64,000 nucleotides of DNA from the IMG/VR virus record IMGVR_UViG_2862465376_000001, positions 32,001-96,000 of that record. One strand, 5' to 3'. The notes below the pieces were generated by a model, which saw only the letters and a program-made list of their open reading frames with translations, was not told the origin of the DNA and did no database searches. Shown piece after piece: positions 56,680 through 64,000 of the stretch. Source of the DNA: a virus (lineage: Duplodnaviria; Caudoviricetes). Within the stretch, counting starts at the first letter, position 1; the number at the start of each line of letters is the position of its first letter. Both the position numbers and the translations under genes were made by a program.

Positions 56680-57321
56680 ATGAGCGACCTGTACGACTTC
56701 ATCCCCGCAAGTGTCCCGCCGAGCGAGCTGCCGCCGTCAGATGACCCTCTGCCCGTCGCCTGGCAGGCCACCGCCGACAACACCGTCGACCGACAGTACG
56801 CCAGCGCCGCCGACAAGACGGCCTCCGAAGAGGCTGACAAGCTCCAGACGACCAAGGGAGCCCTACACGCGCTCCATACGCATCTGAGTGCATCTCAGCG
56901 CGTACTCAGCGAACTGGACCCGATCGTCCGCGATCTGATCCTTGACCTCCGTGCCCCCGCCAACGAGCTGGCTGTGGCCAGGGACGGTCTTGCGCACCTG
57001 CAGCGCCGTAACGCGTCGCTCATCAAGCAGTGCCAGATGTGGAAGCGGCGCACCGAGGAGGCCAAGACGAAGGCCGAGCAGTTTGAGGCCAAGCTGGCTG
57101 AGCTGAAGACCACGAAGCCCGAGGACACGGTGGCCGCCGGGACGGCTTCGCACATCCCCGTCGTGTTCACGCGCCGCTCTCCGGGCGACACCATCCGCTA
57201 CTTCTCTTCAGAGATCATGAAGCACGCGACGGACAACCTGGAGCTGGCTGGTCTTGCAATCGCCCTCCGCATGACCGCCGCCGAGATCGACAACATCCCC
57301 CAGGGCGACCATGCACGCTGA
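56680..57321 (+). CDS. Hypothetical coiled-coil protein
   Basis: Coupled ORF; weaker codon bias than its neighbours. Confidence 0.65.
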   Translation: MSDLYDFIPASVPPSELPPSDDPLPVAWQATADNTVDRQYASAADKTASEEADKLQTTKGALHALHTHLSASQRVLSELDPIVRDLILDLRAPANELAVARDGLAHLQRRNASLIKQCQMWKRRTEEAKTKAEQFEAKLAELKTTKPEDTVAAGTASHIPVVFTRRSPGDTIRYFSSEIMKHATDNLELAGLAIALRMTAAEIDNIPQGDHAR

Positions 57322-58603
57322 GACCGTCCTCTACGCCTCCCTCACCGAGGTCGACGCGCTGGAGGAGCTGGCCGACACCGGCCTCGACCCGGCCTGCATA
57401 CCCACCACCGGCATGCGCGACGTCGTCACCTGGGCCGTCGACTACTTCTACCGCTCCGGCCGGACCAAGGCGCCCTCGCGCGAGCTGCTCCAGGAGCAGT
57501 GGGGCCACCGGCTGGAGCAGTGCAACATCGAACTGCCCGACGAGGACCTGGAGATCGACGACGTCTGGTCGGCGATCGCCTACCTCCGCTCCCAGCACGT
57601 CCTCGCCGAGTCCCAGCGCCTCCAACGTGAGATCGCCGTCGCCATGGCCCAGGCCGAGCCCGGCGAACGCGTCGAGGCCGTCCACGAGGCCGCCGCCGCC
57701 TTCCACCAGCTGTCCATGTCCGTCCGCGACCGCTCCCAGGAAGTCGAGGGCATCCAGGGCCTCAAGGACTCCCTGGCCCGCTACGAGCAGCGCGCCGCCG
57801 CCCCGCAGACCGTCCGGGGCATGTCCGTCGGCATGAAGGAGGTCGACGAGCACACCCAGGGCATCCACGACGGCGAGATCGCCGTCTGGGCCGCCCCGCC
57901 CAAGGGCGCCAAGAGCTGGTCCGCCACCCACGTCAGCCACACCGAGTGGAAGCGCGGCCGGGTCACCGTCCTCTACACGCTGGAGAACAGCGTGAAGATG
58001 TCCTACGACCGGCTCGCCTGCCAGATCTGCTGCGTCGACTACCGCGAGTACCAGAAGGGCACCTGCAGCCCCGAGGAGATCGAACGCGTCCGCACCTGGC
58101 TCGCCCAGAACGAGGCCGAGCTGAAGGACGGCCTGCACATCCTCTCCCCGGAGGTGCGCACCCCGGCCGCCCTGATCCGCCAGGCCCAGTCCTACGGCGC
58201 CGACAGCGTGATCATCGACCAGCTCTCCCACATCCACCACCCGGCACCCAACGGCCGCCGACCCAAGCACGAGACGATCGCCGAGATCATGAACGAACTG
58301 TCCGAACTCATCACCACCGGCCGCCGCAACCCGCCGCTCTTCCTGAACGTCCAGATCAACCGCGAGGGCGAGGCCGCCGCGCAGAAGGCCGGAAAGCTCG
58401 AACTCCGGCACCTCGCCGACTCCTCGGCAATCGAACGCTGGGCCAGCTGGGTCTTCGGCCTGATCCGCTCCGAGACCGAGGTCGCCGCCGGAATGGCCAC
58501 CCTCCAGATGCTCGCCAGCCGACGCATGGACCTTAAGAACTGGCGAGCCGCCTGGGAGCCCTGGTACGGCACCCAGCAGGTCCTCAGCGAGGTGACCCTG
58601 TGA
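57311..58603 (+). CDS. DnaB-like replicative helicase
   Basis: Variant Walker A AAPPKGAKS, YTLE, VIIDQL, QINR, LADSSAIE. Confidence 0.85.
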   Translation: MHAETVLYASLTEVDALEELADTGLDPACIPTTGMRDVVTWAVDYFYRSGRTKAPSRELLQEQWGHRLEQCNIELPDEDLEIDDVWSAIAYLRSQHVLAESQRLQREIAVAMAQAEPGERVEAVHEAAAAFHQLSMSVRDRSQEVEGIQGLKDSLARYEQRAAAPQTVRGMSVGMKEVDEHTQGIHDGEIAVWAAPPKGAKSWSATHVSHTEWKRGRVTVLYTLENSVKMSYDRLACQICCVDYREYQKGTCSPEEIERVRTWLAQNEAELKDGLHILSPEVRTPAALIRQAQSYGADSVIIDQLSHIHHPAPNGRRPKHETIAEIMNELSELITTGRRNPPLFLNVQINREGEAAAQKAGKLELRHLADSSAIERWASWVFGLIRSETEVAAGMATLQMLASRRMDLKNWRAAWEPWYGTQQVLSEVTL

Positions 58604-58872
58604 CCACCCACGTCTCGTCCGCCCACACGATCGAGCTTCCGCAGCGGCTCATCGACGGGGACCCCAAGGACTTCCTTCGGGTCATGGTCCGGATACACGC
58701 CCTGCAGACCCTGGCCCGCGTCTACCCGTGCACCAGCAGGTCGGACTCACAGATCACCGTTGAGACGCGAGAAGAGTCGGACGCCTTCCAGCGCACAGAC
58801 ATCATCGGTACGGCATCGGCCCCCTGCGGCGCCCCCGAGACCTGCCCCGCGACCCGTAAGGCCCGCCCATGA
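58600..58872 (+). CDS. Small hypothetical protein
   Basis: GTGA and ATGA overlaps on both sides. Confidence 0.6.
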   Translation: MTTHVSSAHTIELPQRLIDGDPKDFLRVMVRIHALQTLARVYPCTSRSDSQITVETREESDAFQRTDIIGTASAPCGAPETCPATRKARP

Positions 58873-59438
58873 CCGCCTACGCCTTCCCCTGCGCAGCCAA
58901 GCCCCATCTGTTCGGCTCAGGCAAGGGCCGCAGCGTCAAGGCCGTCCGCGAAGCCCTGCGGATCTGCGCCAACTGCCCCGTCCAGCCCGCCTGCCGCCGC
59001 GCTGGCCGCGAGGGACACGAATTCGGCATCTGGGGTGGAGAGACCGAGCCCGAGCGTTTCGCCTACCTCGGCATCACCGAGGAAGACATCCTCCCGCCGG
59101 AGTGCGGCACCGAGAAGGCGTCCCGCCGCCACCGGGAGCTGGGTGAGGAGTGCGAGGAGTGCACCCTGGCCGACGAGAAGCGCCAGGAGGCCGAAGACGA
59201 AGCCGCTGCTGAGCGGCGCCGGAAGCGGCAAGAATACGAGGAGATCCCCGGCAGCCGGATCAACCCCCACCATGCCCCTCTCCGGACGATCTGCGGCACA
59301 TTTCGCGGCTACCGAGCCCACGAGAAGCGCACTGAACTACGGCTCGACCCCCACCCCGACTGCACCTGCAGAGAAGCCTGCCGCGCCTACCGCGCGGAAC
59401 AGCGCGCTACTGACAAGGAAGCGAAGGCAGGCGCATGA
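58869..59438 (+). CDS. WhiB-family regulator with a C-terminal Cys/His-rich extension
   Basis: C...CANCPVQPAC...GIWGG; two CGT...H...C..C repeats. Confidence 0.85.
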   Translation: MTAYAFPCAAKPHLFGSGKGRSVKAVREALRICANCPVQPACRRAGREGHEFGIWGGETEPERFAYLGITEEDILPPECGTEKASRRHRELGEECEECTLADEKRQEAEDEAAAERRRKRQEYEEIPGSRINPHHAPLRTICGTFRGYRAHEKRTELRLDPHPDCTCREACRAYRAEQRATDKEAKAGA

Positions 59439-59734
59439 CCGAGACCGCGCGGGGGCCCTGGCTCAGACGCTTCAGCGGCAGGCCGAAGCCTCGCTGTCCG
59501 AAGTGCCTGGCCAAGACGGTCCAGACCGAGCACCACGACACCGCCGTCGTCGGCATGTGCAAGGAACGCCGGGACGCGATCGTCGCCATGACCGAGACCC
59601 CGTGGGACGTCCCTGACGAGACGACCGAGCACCTGTGCCGAGGCTGCTTCTCCTGCGGATACACCTGGAGCGAGCGGGTGGCAGGCCCGGAGGACATGGC
59701 CCGCGTGATGGAGTCCGGCGACGATGACGACTGA
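59435..59734 (+). CDS. Small Zn-ribbon protein
   Basis: CPKC...CFSCGYTW; coupled ORF. Confidence 0.65.
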   Translation: MTETARGPWLRRFSGRPKPRCPKCLAKTVQTEHHDTAVVGMCKERRDAIVAMTETPWDVPDETTEHLCRGCFSCGYTWSERVAGPEDMARVMESGDDDD

Positions 59735-60815
59735 CCTCGACGAACTCGCCGCGCTGCCCGACGACCACAAGACCCAGCTCGCCAAGGAGGTCCTCGACGA
59801 GCTGGGTATCACGGTCAAGCGACAGATCCGCGACGAGCTGATCATCCCCTGCCCCGTCGGCGCCTTCCACAACGACCAGGAACGCAACCCCACGGCCGCC
59901 CTGTCGACCTCGAAGCTGCTGTTCAACTGCCTGGGATGCCAGGCCAGCGGCACCATTCTCTGGCTCATCGCCACGGTGCGCGGCGACACCACCGTCGAGC
60001 AGGCCCGCGACTGGCTCCACGGCGAAGCCGGACTCACCCGGGCCATGGAACTCCCGGCCCTCCTCCAGCTCTTCGACGCCCTCTACGCGAAGAAGGACAC
60101 CCGCCCGCCCATGCCGGTCTACAGCGACCGCATGCTGGAGCGCTGGGCGGAGATTCCGGACTACATCCTCGACGACCGCCAGATCCCCATCACCACGGCC
60201 GTGCACATGGGCATCGGCACCGACCCCGACGGATTCGTCGACCGGGTGCGCACCGGCCCGCGCGCCGTCATCCCGCACTGGTGGAAGGGCCAGCTCGTCG
60301 GCTGGCAGTCCCGCCGCCTGCCCAGCGCCGACCCTAGCGCGCCGAAGTACCTGTCCACCCCGGCCTTCCCCCGGGACGAGACGATCTTCGACTACCGCCC
60401 CTACCGGCGCGAGGTCGTCGTCGTTGAGTCGCCGATGAGCCAGCTCCGTCACCAGCACCACCTGGACATCGAGGCTACCTTCGGCTTCGTCGTCACCGAC
60501 CTGCAGATCCAGCACCTCGTCAAGGGCCGCCGCAAGCTCATCTGGTTCATGGACAACGACCAGGCCGGATGGCAGGCCGTCGAGGGCCGCACCCACAACG
60601 GCCGGTTCTTCCCCGGCGCCCCACAGCGGGCCTCCGCCTACTGCGACAACTGGGTCGTCGAGAACCCCTTCGACGCCGACCCCGCCGACATGCCGGACGA
60701 GATGGTCGACATCCTCATCAAGGACCGCGCGGTGCCCTGGCAGGTCTGGCAGCGCCCCAAGGTGCTCTATTGCGTCCGCTGTTTCAGGCCCGCCCACAAG
60801 GGGGCATGTCCATGA
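59724..60815 (+). CDS. DNA primase (Zn finger + TOPRIM)
   Basis: CP...H...FNCLGC, VVVES, MDNDQAG. Confidence 0.85.
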   Translation: MTTDLDELAALPDDHKTQLAKEVLDELGITVKRQIRDELIIPCPVGAFHNDQERNPTAALSTSKLLFNCLGCQASGTILWLIATVRGDTTVEQARDWLHGEAGLTRAMELPALLQLFDALYAKKDTRPPMPVYSDRMLERWAEIPDYILDDRQIPITTAVHMGIGTDPDGFVDRVRTGPRAVIPHWWKGQLVGWQSRRLPSADPSAPKYLSTPAFPRDETIFDYRPYRREVVVVESPMSQLRHQHHLDIEATFGFVVTDLQIQHLVKGRRKLIWFMDNDQAGWQAVEGRTHNGRFFPGAPQRASAYCDNWVVENPFDADPADMPDEMVDILIKDRAVPWQVWQRPKVLYCVRCFRPAHKGACP

Positions 60816-61213
60816 GCCACGAGACCGTCCCGATTGCCTGGACCTCCAACGTCAGCAACATTCTGCGCTGGCTCTACAGCCACAAGGCCAACTGGGAGCC
60901 GATGGCCCTCACCGACCCTCCCTACCGCTGGGGGATCGTCCAGCGCGGCCAGGAGCGCTTCGCCATGCAGCCCGAGGACACCCTGTGCTGGGACGGCAAT
61001 CGTGTCTGGCTGCACTCCTCTCACCGTCAAGAGGTAGAGACCTGCGAAGCCAAGGAGGCACGTATGCTCAAGAAGTTCGGCACCGGAACGATCACTGAAG
61101 CCACGGGCGGCACCGAGGAAGGGCTGACATCCCGCATCGGGAGCGCGCTCACCCCCGAGGAGTGGGCGTCCGTGCTCATCGAGGCCGAGGAGACGGACAG
61201 CGAGGAGGAGTAG
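60812..61213 (+). CDS. Hypothetical protein
   Basis: ATGA overlap with the primase stop. Confidence 0.6.
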   Translation: MSHETVPIAWTSNVSNILRWLYSHKANWEPMALTDPPYRWGIVQRGQERFAMQPEDTLCWDGNRVWLHSSHRQEVETCEAKEARMLKKFGTGTITEATGGTEEGLTSRIGSALTPEEWASVLIEAEETDSEEE

Positions 61214-61216
61214 AGG

Positions 61217-61963
61217 ATGCCGGGACTGCAGCTCGTCGGCCGTCCCGAACGCGCGATCCTCTCCATCAGTACCGCCCTCGTACCGGCCCCGCCCCGACCG
61301 GCGCCCGTCGTCCACGACGTCAACGGCTACTACGCCCGGCTCGGCGTGCCACCGACCGCGACCAAGCGGGAGATCCGCGAGGCGTACCAGGCCCGGGACG
61401 GCCAGAGCAGCGCCGAGCTGACCCGGATCTTCAAGACGCTCATCAACGCCGACCGGCGGGCCGCATACGACGCCAAGCAACCCGGCACGACCCACTTCGA
61501 CGCCTCCACCGTCGAGACGATCATGCGCTCCGCCGCCCTGCAGGCCGCCCGCCAGAACGCCGAATACGGCACCGAGACCACGGCCAGAGACATTCTTTCA
61601 ACTCTCACGGACGCCACCGGAAAACCGCTCCTCGAATTTCTTGCCTCCGACCCGGCGGACGGCTTTCATGATGACGAGACGAGGGACCGCCAACCCTCAT
61701 CCAGCCCCCCGGACACCTGGGCTTACTCCTACCTTCTCCTGGGCTCTACCTGCGACGACGTCGCCAGGCTCGCCCAGTGGCAGGAAGGACTCGCCCAGGC
61801 CCTGCGCGGACGGGAAATCAGCGGATTCACCGTTGGATTCCACGCCGCCGGGGACGCGCCGTTCCTTGTGGCGAAAGACCTCGGAACCCCCGTTTTCTTT
61901 CTCCACGAAGACCAGCCGGTGACCGAGGAGCTGATCGCGGCAGCCGCCACTGCCGCTGGCTGA
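61217..61963 (+). CDS. J-domain-like protein lacking HPD
   Basis: YYARLGVPPTATKREIREAY...L.NADRRAAYD. Confidence 0.7.
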   Translation: MPGLQLVGRPERAILSISTALVPAPPRPAPVVHDVNGYYARLGVPPTATKREIREAYQARDGQSSAELTRIFKTLINADRRAAYDAKQPGTTHFDASTVETIMRSAALQAARQNAEYGTETTARDILSTLTDATGKPLLEFLASDPADGFHDDETRDRQPSSSPPDTWAYSYLLLGSTCDDVARLAQWQEGLAQALRGREISGFTVGFHAAGDAPFLVAKDLGTPVFFLHEDQPVTEELIAAAATAAG

Positions 61964-61999
61964 CACCCATCAGCATCATCAAGATCATCAGGAGCCATC

Positions 62000-62977
62000 G
62001 TGACCGCCAACACGAGCCCCGCCATCAACTTCCGCCGAGGCGGATCCGCCGCAGCCCAGGCCGAGAAGGAAGACAACGTCTCCTCCTCCGGCCGCCGTGG
62101 CCCGGACTTCTTCGGCATCAAGGAGGACGGCGAGTCGCTCGTCGTGCGCCTCCTGACCGACCACGACGAGTGGATCTGGGTCAAGCAGCACTCCTTCGTC
62201 CCGACCAAGCCGGGCCCCAAGGACGCCGAGAAGTGGCCCGAGGCCATGACCAGCGTCTGCCGCTACGACGAAGCGTTCGGCGGTCACTACAAGGACTGCT
62301 ACATCTGCGACGCCAAGATCAAGAGCAAGTGGGGCAAGCTCGCCTCCTCCCGCGTCCGCGTCTGGGCCCTCGTCGTCGAGCGCGAACTGGTGCGCGGCGA
62401 CGGCAGCGAGGCCCTCGGCGGCCCCGCCAAGCAGGGCGTCGTCATCGGCGTCCGCGACAAGATCGACGAGATCGATGAACTGGACGCCGACGGCAAGCCC
62501 ACCGGCGTCAAGCTGAACTACCCCCGCATCCTGGTCATCAACCAGCCGATGAAGGGCTTCTTCAGCCACCTCAAGGCCATCCACGGCCTCAACGGCACCG
62601 TCGTCGACAGGGACTTCCAGATCACCCGCGACGGCAAGGGCACCGACACCGAGTACAAGTTCGCCGCGATCGACCCGATCCGTGACCCGGCCACCCAGCA
62701 GAACCTCATCGCCCCCGGCACCCCCGCCTGGGACAAGTACCTCCAGGCCGTCGCCGAGCGCGAGATCAGCCTGGACTCCATCGTCGCCGACAAGGCCAGC
62801 GACGCGTACTACGCGAGGTTCTTCGACCCGTCCAAGACGGTCGACAAGGAAGGCAACGTCGTCGCCGTCGCCGGGGGCGCCGTGGGCATGATCAACGTTC
62901 AGAGCACCGACGGCCCGGCCGACATCTCGGACGACCTGCGCGCGAAGATCGCCAACCTCGGCGCGCCCTCCGCCTGA
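62000..62977 (+). CDS. Putative single-stranded DNA-binding protein (gp32-like)
   Basis: VVRLL, H...C...CYIC, RDFQITRDGKGTDTEY; position before the polymerase. Confidence 0.6.
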   Translation: MTANTSPAINFRRGGSAAAQAEKEDNVSSSGRRGPDFFGIKEDGESLVVRLLTDHDEWIWVKQHSFVPTKPGPKDAEKWPEAMTSVCRYDEAFGGHYKDCYICDAKIKSKWGKLASSRVRVWALVVERELVRGDGSEALGGPAKQGVVIGVRDKIDEIDELDADGKPTGVKLNYPRILVINQPMKGFFSHLKAIHGLNGTVVDRDFQITRDGKGTDTEYKFAAIDPIRDPATQQNLIAPGTPAWDKYLQAVAEREISLDSIVADKASDAYYARFFDPSKTVDKEGNVVAVAGGAVGMINVQSTDGPADISDDLRAKIANLGAPSA

Positions 62978-63113
62978 TCCAGGCGCACACACGCCGGTCC
63001 GCCCCGGGTGGCCGTCAGATACGGCCCCCAGTCGCTCCGCCAAGCGGCTGGATTGTTCGCCCGGGGCGGCCCGGACCACCTTTCGCCACCCTTCACGCGC
63101 AAGGACCACCACC

Positions 63114-64000
63114 GTGCTGCGCCTCATTACCTCCTACGCACCCGCCGACGCTCCTTATGTGCAGGTCGGCGACCTTCGCACCACTGCACCGGCCCTCGTC
63201 GAGCATGACGGAGACGGCACCCGCTGGTTCCTGACGCCAGCAACGAACCCACTCGGCGCGAGGCTTCCGCTCTGGAACCGGGCTGAGCGCGATGGAGCGG
63301 CAGGCATCCTCATCCACCTGGTCAACGGCGTGCTGGCCGTCCCCGCGCACCTTGTCGAGGAGCACAGCGGAGCCCAGCCCGGACAGATCCTCGACCTCAG
63401 CAACGTGCCCACTGCCGCCTTCGAGGACGCGCCGACCTACCACGAGGTCCTGGACCAGCTCGAAGCCGCCCAGGACCCGCCCAAGACGTCCTCCGGGTTC
63501 GTGCACCTCCACACGCACAGCGAGTACAGCCCGCTCGACGGCCTGTCCCGCATGGACGAGATCCTCCGCGAGGTCACCCGCCACGGCCAGACCGCCGTCG
63601 CCATCACCGACCACGGCACCTGCGCCGGGCACCCCGAGCTGCAGCGCGCGGCCGACAAGGCCGGGGTCAAGCCGGTCTTCGGCATCGAGGCGTACCTGTG
63701 CGACGACCGCGTCATCCGCGCCGAGAAGGGCGACAAGGAGTTGCAGGACAAGCTCCGCAACGACTACTGGCACGTCTGCCTCTTCGCCGAGAACGAGACC
63801 GGCCTGCGCAACATCTGGGCCGCCAGCACCGAGTCCTTCCGCGACGGCTTCTACTTCCGGCCCCGCATGGACTGGGACACCCTCGGCCGCTTCAGCGAGG
63901 GCGTCATTGCCTCCACCGGCTGCCTGCGCGGCCCCGTCGCCGTCGCCATCAAGACCGGAGACATGGAGCTGGCCCGCCAGCGCCTGACCCGGCTCATGGA
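63114..64000 (+). CDS. dnaE: DNA polymerase III alpha subunit (runs off the window) with an N-terminal extension
   Basis: Manual translation: FVHLHTHSEYSPLDG, AITDHG, KPVFGIEAY, STGCLRG (PHP domain); GTG start after AAGGA. Confidence 0.92.
   Translation, partial: MLRLITSYAPADAPYVQVGDLRTTAPALVEHDGDGTRWFLTPATNPLGARLPLWNRAERDGAAGILIHLVNGVLAVPAHLVEEHSGAQPGQILDLSNVPTAAFEDAPTYHEVLDQLEAAQDPPKTSSGFVHLHTHSEYSPLDGLSRMDEILREVTRHGQTAVAITDHGTCAGHPELQRAADKAGVKPVFGIEAYLCDDRVIRAEKGDKELQDKLRNDYWHVCLFAENETGLRNIWAASTESFRDGFYFRPRMDWDTLGRFSEGVIASTGCLRGPVAVAIKTGDMELARQRLTRLM

Larger units (their letters stand above)
1..64000. mobile_element. Part of a large temperate myovirus-like element, probably a phage-plasmid of an actinomycete; both ends lie outside the window
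   Basis: Capsid, sheath, tube, baseplate and fibre genes plus a complete-looking replisome, together with ParA, palindromic sites, a TA pair and a Rep-like gene; no housekeeping chromosomal genes. Confidence 0.85.

Overview
This window is high-GC, Streptomyces-like DNA and is almost entirely one large temperate myovirus-type element, most likely a phage-plasmid. From left to right it carries: (1) an XRE regulator / HEXXH metallopeptidase / MAB_1171c-type membrane protein triad on the minus strand; (2) a plus-strand virion module from about 3.3 to 46 kb, with head maturation protein, scaffold, a major capsid protein that I recall resembling mycobacteriophage Bxz1 (cluster C), neck proteins, contractile sheath, tube, a -1 frameshifted tail chaperone, tape measure, a muramidase/NlpC-P60 hub, baseplate and YadA-repeat fibres; (3) a replication module from 46 to 64 kb, with SNF2, DinG, 5'-3' exonuclease, DnaC-like, DnaB-like, WhiB, primase, J-domain, SSB-like and a DnaE that runs off the window. 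Plasmid-type functions are interleaved: ParA with a non-canonical partner and two perfect 20-bp palindromes (candidate centromere), an AbrB/RelE-like toxin-antitoxin pair, and an HTH Rep-like gene. The most striking unannotated signals are 14 copies of a bipartite motif, (C/G)TGT(C/T)N-N20/21-A(A/G)GGG(T/C)GA, in front of structural genes (candidate late promoter); a candidate ~80-nt sRNA between two of those copies; a tRNA-like element with a UCA anticodon-like loop; virion-associated depolymerase-like domains (gamma-PGA hydrolase, phosphodiester glycosidase); and a ParB-like/Arr-type ADP-ribosyltransferase. No terminase, portal, endolysin, integrase or att site is visible. All family calls come from motif recognition by eye, not from database searches.
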